From: an uncultured Gammaproteobacteria bacterium
GTDB lineage: Bacteria; Patescibacteriota; Patescibacteriia; UBA1558; UBA10009
Direction: 5' to 3'
NCBI GenBank assembly: GCA_964588165.1
Contig: CAZPMS010000003.1
Span: 10,031 to 74,030 of the forward strand
Length of the DNA: 64,000 nucleotides
Shown here: piece after piece, positions 25,625 through 35,266 of the stretch
Position numbering within the stretch: the first letter of the stretch is position 1
Layout: each line of letters begins with the position of its first letter
Notes under the pieces: generated by a model
What the model was told of the DNA's origin: nothing
The model's input: the letters and a program-made list of their open reading frames with translations, nothing else
Databases searched by the model: none
Translations under genes and position numbers: made by a program

Positions 25625-26887
25625 ATGAAAAAAACAAACTATATAAATCTAAAATACAAACCTGATCTTAAAAACGAAATTTTGGCTGAATATTACGTTG
25701 AATCAACTTTACCAATAAAACAGATTGCTGTAGAAGTTGCTAAAGAAAGTTCTATTGGAACTTGGACCAAACTGGCCGCTTTGGAAAGTAAATATTTCAA
25801 CAAACTGGCTCCACAGGTCTATTCAATAGATTCCAGAAAAAAAATCATAAAAATTGCTTACCCGTTGGATTTGTTTGAAATGAATAGTATTCCTCAACTT
25901 TTATCCAGTTTAGCCGGCAATATTTTTAGTATGAAGGTAGTTACTAAATTGAGGCTTTTAGACTTACACTTTCCGGAAAAATATATTAACAGCTACCAAG
26001 GTCCGGCTTTTGGCATTGATGGCATACGGAAAAAAATGGGCATTAAAAAACGACCACTCTTGGGATCAATTATAAAACCTAAAGTTGGTTTAACCTCTAC
26101 CGAACATGCCAACTTAGCTTATACCATTTGGAAAAGTGGAGTGGATGTGGTTAAAGATGATGAAAATTTAACAGACCAGCCATTTAACAGATTTACAGAT
26201 AGAGTAAGAAAGGTTATTAAACTCCGGAAGAAAGTAGAAAAAGAAACAGGCAAAAAAAAGCTTCATGTTTTTAATGTTACCGGCACTTCGGATATGATGT
26301 TAAAACGAGCCAAGTATGTTAAAAAAATGGGCGGTAAATGTGTAATGGTGGATATAGTTTCTACAGGACTTGATAATGTTCAATTTTTAAGAAAATGGAA
26401 TTTAGGTTTAATAATCCACGGCCACAGAGCAGGGCATTCCATGTTTACCCGCGACGAACACCACGGCATGACAATGTTAGTACTGGCTAAACTTGCACGC
26501 TTGGCAGGTATTGATCAATTACATACCGGTACAGTTGTTGGTAAAATGGATGGAGATAAAAAAGAAGTAACCACCATTAATAAATTATTAAAGGAAGACT
26601 GGAAGCATCATAACGCTCTAAAAGATAATTGGTCTAAGTTAAAACCAACCATGCCAATCGCCTCGGGCGGTTTACATCCTGCTTTAGTTGAAAAGATGAT
26701 AAAAATTTTAGGTAATGATGTTATCGTCAATTTTGGTGGGGGCTTACACGGCCATCCAGACGGAGCTGCCGCAGGTGCCAAAGCCTGCTTGGATGCAGTA
26801 ATGGCCACTCAAAAAAAATATACTTTAAAACAATACGCCAACAATCATCCTGAGCTAAAGAAGGCTTTGGAGTATTGGAAAGTCTAA
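25625..26887 (+). CDS. rbcL: RuBisCO large subunit, form II/III type
   Basis: Carbamylation-site block VVKDDENL (KDDE). GGLHP and GGGLHGHP active-site loops. 420 aa with no small subunit nearby. Confidence 0.85.
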   Translation: MKKTNYINLKYKPDLKNEILAEYYVESTLPIKQIAVEVAKESSIGTWTKLAALESKYFNKLAPQVYSIDSRKKIIKIAYPLDLFEMNSIPQLLSSLAGNIFSMKVVTKLRLLDLHFPEKYINSYQGPAFGIDGIRKKMGIKKRPLLGSIIKPKVGLTSTEHANLAYTIWKSGVDVVKDDENLTDQPFNRFTDRVRKVIKLRKKVEKETGKKKLHVFNVTGTSDMMLKRAKYVKKMGGKCVMVDIVSTGLDNVQFLRKWNLGLIIHGHRAGHSMFTRDEHHGMTMLVLAKLARLAGIDQLHTGTVVGKMDGDKKEVTTINKLLKEDWKHHNALKDNWSKLKPTMPIASGGLHPALVEKMIKILGNDVIVNFGGGLHGHPDGAAAGAKACLDAVMATQKKYTLKQYANNHPELKKALEYWKV

Positions 26888-27021
26888 TTTTAAGCTGATT
26901 TTATTGATATAATCAATTAATTCGCATATATAGTGTTATGTGACATGGTGCTTTTATAGCATAATAAAAACCCGCCGTTCGTACTAAACTACTAAGCGGG
27001 TAATAATGAGAGATGCCTGGA

Positions 27022-27201
27022 TCATTTTTCCTCGTATTCAATACAAGCAACGACGGGCCCACCGCGACCAATCTGACCATCTTCAGCAAGAGTCACACGG
27101 GTGACAGTCACCTCAATACCCCTATCCTTACGATTCTGAATGAACCATTTTGTAACCAGCATCTCAATCGTGCTTGCCTGAACTGTTGTTGTGTTTTTCA
27201 C
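27022..27201 (-). CDS. Small hypothetical protein (about 60 aa, GTG start) on a GC-rich insert
   Basis: RBS aggagg plus a 7-nt gap before GTG. Perfect - strand promoter TTGACA (complement of 27267-27272), 17-bp spacer, TATTAT (complement of 27244-27249). Confidence 0.4.
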   Translation of the reverse strand: MKNTTTVQASTIEMLVTKWFIQNRKDRGIEVTVTRVTLAEDGQIGRGGPVVACIEYEEK

Positions 27202-27243
27202 AATCAATCCTCCTGTGTAGGTATTAATATTTTGTAACAAGGA

Positions 27244-27272
27244 ATAATAGCATACAAAAATTATTCTGTCAA
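27244..27272 (-). promoter_or_regulatory. Consensus sigma-70-type promoter for the 27022..27201 ORF
   Basis: TTGACA-17-TATTAT read on the - strand. Confidence 0.5.
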
Positions 27273-27448
27273 TAGTAAGTTAACTTAATTATTCTGTAGT
27301 TAATGCACCACATCACATAACATCCCATATGCGGTTCTGTGTCCTTTCCCTTTCAGCTATAATTAAAAAAATAACATGAAATCAATTTTAGAATCAAAAT
27401 CAGCGTTAATAATAAAATCTTATAAAAAATAAACTAACAAATATATTT

Positions 27449-27871
27449 ATGAAAAATTACCATGAGGTTCCAAATATTTCAGTAGATAAAGCCCTGGAAG
27501 CTGTACAACATGCAGTTAGTATTGGTGCAGAACTTGGAGTTAAAGTATCAGTTTCAGTTGTAGATAAATCAATGAATTTAATTGCTTTTGCCAAAGCTGA
27601 TGGCGCAACTCCGCATAGTACTGATACCAGTAGAAAAAAGGCTAATACAGCTTCTTCTACCAGCAAAGCAACAGGCTGGATGAGTTCTGATATTGCAATT
27701 ACTCTGCCCATGGGAAGCAATAACAGGCTTACCAATGTTAATGGCGGTTCACCACTAATTTTTGACGGTAAGGTAGTCGGAGGCATTGGTGTTGCCGGCG
27801 GAACAGTAGATCAAGATCAAGAAGTAGTATCTAAGGTAATTGAAAAAATAGGTTCAGAGTTACCAAAATAA
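27449..27871 (+). CDS. GlcG/HbpS-like (DUF336) heme-binding family protein
   Basis: 140 aa with GGSPLIFDGKVVGGIGVAGGTVDQDQ, the DUF336/GlcG signature. Confidence 0.65.
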   Translation: MKNYHEVPNISVDKALEAVQHAVSIGAELGVKVSVSVVDKSMNLIAFAKADGATPHSTDTSRKKANTASSTSKATGWMSSDIAITLPMGSNNRLTNVNGGSPLIFDGKVVGGIGVAGGTVDQDQEVVSKVIEKIGSELPK

Positions 27872-29110
27872 ATGAAACAAAATAAATACAGTTTAGCAGT
27901 AATAGGTGGTGGGCCGGCAGGCATGATGGCAGCCGGACACGCAGCAGAAAATGGAGCCAAAGTAATCTTGCTGGAAAAAAATGAAAGTTTAGGTGTAAAA
28001 CTGCAAATAACCGGTAAAGGCAGATGTAACATTACCAATGCCGAAGAAGATTTAAAAAAAATCATTGCCGTCTATGGCAAAAATGGAAGATTTTTATATT
28101 CTGCCTTAAATAAATTTTCTAATAAAGATGTTGTAGATTTTTTTGAAAAAAGGGGAATTAAAACCAAAGTGGAAAGAGGCAATAGAATATTTCCGGTTTC
28201 TAATAATTCTAAAACAGTTATTGATTGTTTAAAAAAGTATTTATTGGATAACGGAGTTTTAATAAAATTCAACCGTCCGGTAGAAAAAGTGGTAACTGAT
28301 GGTAAAAAAATAACAAAAGTTATTTTAAAAAATGGTGATAAAGTGGAAGCAGAAAATTTTGTTATTGCCACTGGCGGAAAGTCATACCCAGGAACCGGTT
28401 CTACAGGCGATGCCTATAAATGGTTAAAGCAAATAGGACATACTATAGTTGAACCAAAGCCAGTTTTAACACCGGTTATTGTAAAAGAGAAAATTGTAAA
28501 AAAGCTTGAAGGCTTAAGTTTAAAAAATGTAGAAGTAAGTTTATTTAATGGTAAAAAGATATGTTCACATTTTGGAGAAGCTTTATTTACCGCTAACGGC
28601 CTAAGCGGGCCAATTATTTTAAACTTAAGTAAAACGATTAGCGAAATTGATGAGAAGAATCTTAAACTGATTATTGACTTTAAACCGGCATTAGACTTCC
28701 CAACTTTAGATAAAAGGATTCAAAAAGATTTTGAAGAGCAAAATAAAAAGCAATTTAAAAACAGTTTGGATAAACTTTTGCCTAAAAAACTGATTCCGGT
28801 TATTATTGAACTTTCCGGTATTGATGAAAATAAAAAGGTAAACGAGGTAACTAAAGAAGAAAGAAAAAAACTAATTAAGTTATTAAAAGAATTTGAGTTG
28901 ACTGTTGATGGCTTAATTGGTTTTGAAAAAGCAATTGTAACGCAGGGCGGGGTAAATTTAAAAGAAGTTGATCCTAAAACCTTAAAGTCTAAACTGATCG
29001 ATAATTTATACTTTGCAGGGGAAGTATTGGATATTAACGGTCCCACCGGCGGTTATAATCTGCAGATAGCCTGGAGTACTGGCTACGCAGTTGGAGAAAA
29101 TAAATTTTAA
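27872..29110 (+). CDS. HI0933/BaiN-like NAD(P)/FAD-dependent flavoprotein
   Basis: N-terminal Rossmann AVIGGGPAGMMAAGHAA. About 410 aa, typical of the aminoacetone-oxidase-like family. Confidence 0.7.
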   Translation: MKQNKYSLAVIGGGPAGMMAAGHAAENGAKVILLEKNESLGVKLQITGKGRCNITNAEEDLKKIIAVYGKNGRFLYSALNKFSNKDVVDFFEKRGIKTKVERGNRIFPVSNNSKTVIDCLKKYLLDNGVLIKFNRPVEKVVTDGKKITKVILKNGDKVEAENFVIATGGKSYPGTGSTGDAYKWLKQIGHTIVEPKPVLTPVIVKEKIVKKLEGLSLKNVEVSLFNGKKICSHFGEALFTANGLSGPIILNLSKTISEIDEKNLKLIIDFKPALDFPTLDKRIQKDFEEQNKKQFKNSLDKLLPKKLIPVIIELSGIDENKKVNEVTKEERKKLIKLLKEFELTVDGLIGFEKAIVTQGGVNLKEVDPKTLKSKLIDNLYFAGEVLDINGPTGGYNLQIAWSTGYAVGENKF

Positions 29111-29166
29111 CAAAAAGAAAACCGGGACAGTTTTGTAACCGTCCCGGAAAAAATCATGAATCATTA

Positions 29167-29358
29167 CTAAAACTTCACACACATGCCAGCTTCATTCTCA
29201 TCATGAGAACATCCAGCACTTCCGGATTGAAAGTGTACACAACCATTGACTTCACAATGACAGATAAATTGCACGTCATCATTAGGTGTGCCAATCTCCT
29301 CGGTACTCTCATTAGTACTTAAAGGATCAGTACTAATAGAATTGTCATGAGCTAACAT
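29167..29358 (-). CDS. Small Cys/His-rich peptide (63 aa) with an acidic N-terminal half
   Basis: RBS caggagg. - strand promoter TTGACG-17-TATAAA. The C-terminal half is FICHCEVNGCVHFQSGSAGCSHDENEAGMCVKF (5 Cys, 4 His). Confidence 0.45.
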   Translation of the reverse strand: MLAHDNSISTDPLSTNESTEEIGTPNDDVQFICHCEVNGCVHFQSGSAGCSHDENEAGMCVKF

Positions 29359-29537
29359 GGTTCCAACCTCCTGAATTGATCTATGAATTTGAATGAAATG
29401 TGCTTTTGCTTAATAAATATTTATATCATAAATAAATAATTTCGTCAATAATAAACATAATTAGAATGCCAGGATGTCAGTTTTATTACTAACCTCCTAA
29501 CCTCCTGACATCCTAATTTCCTAACCTCCTAAAACCT

Positions 29538-31034
29538 ATGGCCTTATTTCTAAAAGCAAAAAAACTGGATTTTGAAACAGGCAAACAACTTATTGCCCTT
29601 ATGAATGAAGAAGAAGCCCACAACTTTGGCGTCCAGGCAGGAGACAAAGTTTCTTTAACCTGGCGTGGTAATAAAAAAATTAATGTAGAAATCAATTTAA
29701 GTGATAAAAAAATCAAGCCGGGCTCTATAGGCCTTTATGAAGATATCTGGAAAAAACATTCAGTTGAGTTGAATGAAATTATGGAAATCCATATTTTAAG
29801 CCGGCCTGATTCAATTTTGGCCATTAAAGATAAACTTTTAGGCAAAAAACTTAATTACGACCAAATAAATTCCATTATGCGCGATATCACCGAAAACCGC
29901 CTATCCAATATCGGCATAACTTACTTTGTAGCTTCCAGCTTTTTTTATCCTTACTCAGATGATGAGCTGTATTACATGGCCAAGGCCATTGCCGAAAATG
30001 GGGAAATTATTAAATTCGGCAAAGGCATAGTGGCAGATAAACATTCAGTTGGGGGAGTGGCCGGCAACAGGACCACTATGGTGGCCATTCCTATTATAGC
30101 TTCTCTGGGAATTAAAATTCCCAAAACTTCATCCAGGGCCATTACTTCACCAGCCGGCACAGCTGATACTATGGAGGTTTTAGCCCCGGTAAGTTTTTCT
30201 GCCGAAGAAATGAAAGAGATTGTAAAAAAAACCAACGGCTGTTTGGTTTGGGGCGGGGGATTTAACCTGGCTCCGGCTGACGATAAAATTTTAAAGGTTA
30301 CTTATCCTTTATCTTTAGAGCCTTATGATAAGCTGATTGTAAGCATTATGGCCAAAAAAATTGCCACCTCGGTAACTCATTTGGTAATAGATATGCCGGT
30401 TGGAAAAACCACCAAGATTCCCAACCTGGCCCACGCTAAAGATATTAAAAGAAAGTTTGAGGTAGTGGCTAAAAAATACGGCATTAAAATTAAAGTTATT
30501 ATCACAGAGAGTTCTGATCCGGTGGGCAGGGGAGTTGGACCCGCTTTGGAAGCTAGGGATGTATTAAGGGTACTTCAGCAAAAAGAAAGAAAGCCCTTGG
30601 ATTTGGAAGCCAAAAGCGTAATGATGGCCGGAGAACTTTTAGAAGTCTGCGGCAAAGCCAAGAAAGGCCAAGGTAAAAAACTGGCTAAAGAGCAACTTAC
30701 CAATGGCCAAGCCTGGAAAAAAATGTCAGAAATTATTGCAGCCCAAGGCGGAAAAGCAGACCTTGATTCAGAAGATGTAACCATTGGCGCCATAAAGCAT
30801 TATGTAAATAGCCCTAAAGCCGGCACTATACAAATGGTAAACAACAGGCGCATTAATGATATCTGCAGGATTTTAGGCGCGCCAAAGGATAAACTGGGCG
30901 GTATTTTCTTAAATAATGAAATTGACGACATCGTAAAAAAAGGCGACAGGCTATTTACCCTTTATGCCCGTAACGAAGCCAGAATGTCACTTGCTAAAGA
31001 AGCCATTAAAAAGCTAAATGTTTTTGAATATTAA
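29538..31034 (+). CDS. deoA: AMP phosphorylase (thymidine-phosphorylase family with the N-terminal AMPpase extension)
   Basis: Pyrimidine-nucleoside-phosphorylase core (SVGGVAGN, TSSRAITSPAGTADT) plus an N-terminal extension of about 85 aa, characteristic of archaeal-type AMP phosphorylases. Confidence 0.75.
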   Translation: MALFLKAKKLDFETGKQLIALMNEEEAHNFGVQAGDKVSLTWRGNKKINVEINLSDKKIKPGSIGLYEDIWKKHSVELNEIMEIHILSRPDSILAIKDKLLGKKLNYDQINSIMRDITENRLSNIGITYFVASSFFYPYSDDELYYMAKAIAENGEIIKFGKGIVADKHSVGGVAGNRTTMVAIPIIASLGIKIPKTSSRAITSPAGTADTMEVLAPVSFSAEEMKEIVKKTNGCLVWGGGFNLAPADDKILKVTYPLSLEPYDKLIVSIMAKKIATSVTHLVIDMPVGKTTKIPNLAHAKDIKRKFEVVAKKYGIKIKVIITESSDPVGRGVGPALEARDVLRVLQQKERKPLDLEAKSVMMAGELLEVCGKAKKGQGKKLAKEQLTNGQAWKKMSEIIAAQGGKADLDSEDVTIGAIKHYVNSPKAGTIQMVNNRRINDICRILGAPKDKLGGIFLNNEIDDIVKKGDRLFTLYARNEARMSLAKEAIKKLNVFEY

Positions 31035-31087
31035 GAACTTGCCAAAAAAGCAAATTTAGCTTAAGATAGTTTGCTACAACTAACCCT

Positions 31088-32575
31088 ATGAAAGAAAGAA
31101 CAAAAATTAGATTTTTTGAAATCCTGCCGGGTTCCATAACCTGGCTGACTTTTATTTTAGCCATTGTGTCTTCTATCTGGCTACCAATTTGGGCCATCTT
31201 TTTTATTATAATTTTTGACTTCCTGTGGCTAACCAGAGTTTTTTATTTAGTTATCCACCAGATAACTTCCTGGACCAGGTTTAGAAAAGAAGTAAAAATA
31301 GACTGGCTTGATAAGGTAAAAAATTATAGTAAAAAAAACTGGCAGGATTATTGCCATGTTATATTTTTGCCAACCTACCAGGAGCCCCTAAATGTGGTTG
31401 ATAAAACTTTTGAAAATTTATCCAGAGTAAAATACAACAAACAAAAATTTATAGTTGTTTTGGCCGGAGAAGAAAAAGATAAAAGCAATTTTTTAAGTAT
31501 TGCCAAAAAAATAGAGGAAAAGTACAAAGGCACTTTTTTAAAAATTTTAGTAACCCTTCATCCACAAAACTTGCCAAATGAAATTCCGGGCAAGGGTTCT
31601 AATATAAATTACGCCGGACATGAGGTAAAAAAACTTATAGACCAGCTAAAAATTCCTTATGAAAAAGTTATTGTTTCCACTTTTGATATTGATACTAACG
31701 CCCATCCGCAATATTTTGCCCATTTAACCTATAGATATTTAACTCATCCAAAGCCTACTAGGGTAAGTTATCAACCTTTAGCCCTGTACCACAATAATAT
31801 TTGGGAATCTGATCCCTTAACCAGAGTGGTTGCCAATTCTACCACCTTTTGGCTTATGACGGATTTAGCCCGCAGTGATAGGCTGTTTACTTTTTCTTCC
31901 CACAGTATGAGCTTTAAGGCCCTGGTTGATGTTGGCTTTTGGGAAAAAGATATAGTTTCGGAAGATTCCAGAATTTTTTTGCAATGCCTGTTAAAATATA
32001 ATGGCGATTACAAAGTGGAACCAATGTATATTCCGGTTTCTATGAACACAGTAAGTACCGGTAGCTTTTGGCAAGCCATTGCCGACCAATATAAACAGAT
32101 GAGGCGCTGGGCCTGGGGAGTAGAGCACATTCCTTATATGATTAAAAATTTCAAAGACCGCCCTAAAATGCCTTTTACTAAAAAACTAAAACATTTTTTT
32201 AATCAAATGGAAGGCATGTGGTCTTGGGCTACGGCGCCAATTTTAATTACCATAATGGGCAGGCTGCCTTTATGGGTGGCCTCTAAAGATGTCCATGCCA
32301 CAGCCATTGCCCAAACTACACCTTTAATTTTGCAATGGCTGATGACTTTTGCCTTAATCGGCCTTATTTTAAATGCCATCTTAAGTACTTTTTTACTGCC
32401 CGAGAGACCCCGAGGCAAAAAATCTTGGTATAAATATCCTCAAATGCTTTTGGAATGGATTTTATTCCCTATAACTATGATAGTTTTTGGCTCTATTCCG
32501 GCTACTGATGCCCAAACTAGGCTACTGCTTGGCGGTAAATTTAAGCTTGGCTTTTGGGTAAGCGGCAAAAAATAA
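31088..32575 (+). CDS. Processive GT2-like membrane glycosyltransferase (CesA/BcsA-like)
   Basis: Multiple TM segments, DxD-type motifs and a Q(Q/R)xRW block (QYKQMRRWAWG). Confidence 0.5.
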   Translation: MKERTKIRFFEILPGSITWLTFILAIVSSIWLPIWAIFFIIIFDFLWLTRVFYLVIHQITSWTRFRKEVKIDWLDKVKNYSKKNWQDYCHVIFLPTYQEPLNVVDKTFENLSRVKYNKQKFIVVLAGEEKDKSNFLSIAKKIEEKYKGTFLKILVTLHPQNLPNEIPGKGSNINYAGHEVKKLIDQLKIPYEKVIVSTFDIDTNAHPQYFAHLTYRYLTHPKPTRVSYQPLALYHNNIWESDPLTRVVANSTTFWLMTDLARSDRLFTFSSHSMSFKALVDVGFWEKDIVSEDSRIFLQCLLKYNGDYKVEPMYIPVSMNTVSTGSFWQAIADQYKQMRRWAWGVEHIPYMIKNFKDRPKMPFTKKLKHFFNQMEGMWSWATAPILITIMGRLPLWVASKDVHATAIAQTTPLILQWLMTFALIGLILNAILSTFLLPERPRGKKSWYKYPQMLLEWILFPITMIVFGSIPATDAQTRLLLGGKFKLGFWVSGKK

Positions 32576-32616
32576 AAAACCTCAGAAAATAAATTCTGAG
32601 GTTTGAAATAAAACAC

Positions 32617-33327
32617 TTAGGGTAATGAAAATGTAGCACTGGTGAATCTTACACCAGATCCAGCCAGTTGCGGCTCCAAAAAATCGCTGATTAAGCGGGA
32701 AAAATCTTCCTGCTGTTTTTTGTCCAGTGGATTATAAAAATAGGCCAGTTTCTTACTGCTAGAATCATTAAATTCATAAAGCTGATATTCCAGCCAACTA
32801 TTTAAACTACTATGGACTAAAATCTTATAGGAAAGATCGTTAACAGTAGTATAGCTATTTCCAAAAGACAGAAATCCTTCACCAAACAAAAGAAAATCTT
32901 CAGGTGTACCATTCGCTTCAACAACCACGTTGTAAGCCAATCTTCGAACTTTTGGATTTTCTGTAATCGGACTTACAGACATTTGTACAGTGTGTATAAA
33001 CGCAGAATAACTTTTAACTTCCCTGCCGCTTATACGAATATCCCATGGCCACAAATGAGAATCTTCAGTAAAAACAGTTGAAACTAAATTATTCTCAGTA
33101 TCATAGACTAGCGACTCACCAGGGATATTCTCAACGGTGAATGCAAATAATAAGACAGATAAGAGGCCTATAAAAACTGTTGAAATGCCCATTGCATGAA
33201 GCCTGTCCTTTTTACTTGCAAATCCCTTCCATCGAGCTAAGTAAAAAATAGCTGACACCAGAATTGTTAAGCTTAAAGCCAGTTGAGCCCAAATAGGCTG
33301 ATGAATAGCTTGCCAAATCGCTTCCAT
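32617..33327 (-). CDS. Hypothetical membrane-anchored protein
   Basis: N-terminal TM helices then a soluble domain. No recognisable motif. Confidence 0.4.
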   Translation of the reverse strand: MEAIWQAIHQPIWAQLALSLTILVSAIFYLARWKGFASKKDRLHAMGISTVFIGLLSVLLFAFTVENIPGESLVYDTENNLVSTVFTEDSHLWPWDIRISGREVKSYSAFIHTVQMSVSPITENPKVRRLAYNVVVEANGTPEDFLLFGEGFLSFGNSYTTVNDLSYKILVHSSLNSWLEYQLYEFNDSSSKKLAYFYNPLDKKQQEDFSRLISDFLEPQLAGSGVRFTSATFSLP

Positions 33328-33396
33328 GATACTTCCTCCTGTTATGTGTTTTAATGTGCTGACGTAATCTTACACTATCTAAAACTAAATGTCAAT

Positions 33397-34317
33397 TTAT
33401 TTAAAATAGCCGTTTATAAATTCATCTGCTGACATTTCTTTTTTGCCTTCTACCTGAAGTTTAATAATAATTAATGATCCTTTACCACAGCGGACAACTA
33501 ACTGTCCGTTTTTGGTTTGAAATTCGCCAATTTCTCCCTCAATATCATCGCTAACTTTAGCCGATAAGATTTTAATCCTTAGTCCTTGATCCTTAGTTTT
33601 AAATTCAGCAAAGCTACCCGGCCAAGGAGTATAAGCCCTAACTTGACATTCGATCTCATCAGCTGACTTAGTCCAGTTAATTTCACCATCTTCCCGTTTT
33701 AAAATTTTTGAAAAAGTAGCTTTTGAATCATCTTGAGGTACTGGCTTGATTTCGCCTGACAAATATTTTGGCAAAGTATCAACTAATAATCCAGCACCTT
33801 TTTGAGCCAATTTATCATGCAAATCTTCTGATGTATCGTTATCTGATACACGATATACGATTTGCGATACAATATCACCATGATCCATCTGCTCATCAAG
33901 TTTAATAATAGAAACACCTGTTTCTTCTTCACCATTTAATATGGCTTGCTGGATAGGGGAAGGCCCACGGTATTTTGGCAATAATGAAGGATGGATATTC
34001 AAACAGCCTTTAGAAAATATATTTAAAATTTCTTGGGGAATAATTTTTCCATAAGCCACAACTACACCAACCTCAGCATTGCAATCTTCTAGTCTTTTAA
34101 TCTTTAAATCATCCGCAATTTCCAACCCCATCTTTTCTGCCTCAACCTTAACTGGCGATGGAGTTAGTACCTGCTTCCTGCCAACGGGCTTATCCGGCTG
34201 CGTAACCACTAAACAAATATTAAACCCTTCGCTATGAAGGGCCTGTAATGTTGGTACTGCAAATTCCGGTGTACCGAAAAAAACAATTTTAGTTTTTTTA
34301 TTCATATTAAATTTCAT
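33397..34317 (-). CDS. fmt: Methionyl-tRNA formyltransferase
   Basis: Formyltransferase N-domain (IVFFGTPEFAVPTL, HPSLLP). Overlaps def by 11 nt. Confidence 0.9.
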   Translation of the reverse strand: MKFNMNKKTKIVFFGTPEFAVPTLQALHSEGFNICLVVTQPDKPVGRKQVLTPSPVKVEAEKMGLEIADDLKIKRLEDCNAEVGVVVAYGKIIPQEILNIFSKGCLNIHPSLLPKYRGPSPIQQAILNGEEETGVSIIKLDEQMDHGDIVSQIVYRVSDNDTSEDLHDKLAQKGAGLLVDTLPKYLSGEIKPVPQDDSKATFSKILKREDGEINWTKSADEIECQVRAYTPWPGSFAEFKTKDQGLRIKILSAKVSDDIEGEIGEFQTKNGQLVVRCGKGSLIIIKLQVEGKKEMSADEFINGYFK

Positions 34318-34825
34318 CAGGCTGGTCCGCCTTAATGCGAGACAAGCCCTGCTTTTTTAATTCTTCAAGCTTTTTTCTGCCTTTGGTATACTTAATAATT
34401 TTATCAATAAATAAAATTCCTTTTATATGGTCTACTTCATGCTGTAAAACTCTGGCCAATAAACCTTTGGCCCTTAAATGCCTTAGCCTGCCTTTACTAT
34501 CACGGTACAATAAGCGGATGCAAATCGGCCTCTTAACCATACCAAAAATTCCTGGAAAAGAAAGGCAGCCTTCTTCACCGATTTCTTTAGCCCATGATTT
34601 GTAATAAATTCTGGGGTTAATAAAAATCTTTGGTTTGTTCTTATAATTTACAGCCAACATCCGCCAGTCTTTATTTAACTGGTTGGCTGCCAAGCCAATA
34701 CCGTCTTCTTTAAGCATGGTTTCTTTTAGATCAGCAATAAAACTTTGAATTTCTGGATTCTTAATATTAGCCACCTTGTGTGACCTTTTCCTTAATATTT
34801 TATTGGGATATTTTATTATATTCAT
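34307..34825 (-). CDS. def: Peptide deformylase
   Basis: EGCLSFPG and HEVDHIKG motifs. Confidence 0.9.
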   Translation of the reverse strand: MNIIKYPNKILRKRSHKVANIKNPEIQSFIADLKETMLKEDGIGLAANQLNKDWRMLAVNYKNKPKIFINPRIYYKSWAKEIGEEGCLSFPGIFGMVKRPICIRLLYRDSKGRLRHLRAKGLLARVLQHEVDHIKGILFIDKIIKYTKGRKKLEELKKQGLSRIKADQPDEI

Positions 34826-34962
34826 AACTCTTATATCTTAAATGGTGTAGGGTATATCGTATATTATTACTTAAAAAAATTCAAGGATATGTAATATACG
34901 ATTTATGATACACGTTACATCATTTGTGTTATAATTCTACTATAAATTAACTTAATAATAAA

Positions 34963-35232
34963 ATGGATGAAAATAACGGTTTCCAGAAAATAGGAGATAT
35001 TAAAAAGGCGAAAACCATTAAACCACCGGCTTACCAGTGGCAGGATTTAGCCTTAAGAATAATAAATGAGCTGAGAGTGCCTGGTTTTAAGCGTAATTCT
35101 GTTTTTAAAGTCTGCAAAGAAAACCATAAAACCCATATAGAAAGGTGTTTAAATGACACCAAAGAACTCTGCACAGAGGGTGAAAAATGGAAATACTTTT
35201 TTAAATTAATTAATGAAAAAGCCCCTGATTAA
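34963..35232 (+). CDS. Small hypothetical protein. Its 3' end is duplicated at 36695-36768.
   Basis: 89-aa ORF. The C-terminal ...GEKWKYFFKLINEKAPD-coding sequence recurs downstream of the neighbouring ATP-grasp gene. Confidence 0.4.
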   Translation: MDENNGFQKIGDIKKAKTIKPPAYQWQDLALRIINELRVPGFKRNSVFKVCKENHKTHIERCLNDTKELCTEGEKWKYFFKLINEKAPD

Positions 35233-35266
35233 AAAATTAGGGATTTTTATTTTTTTACAATCTATG

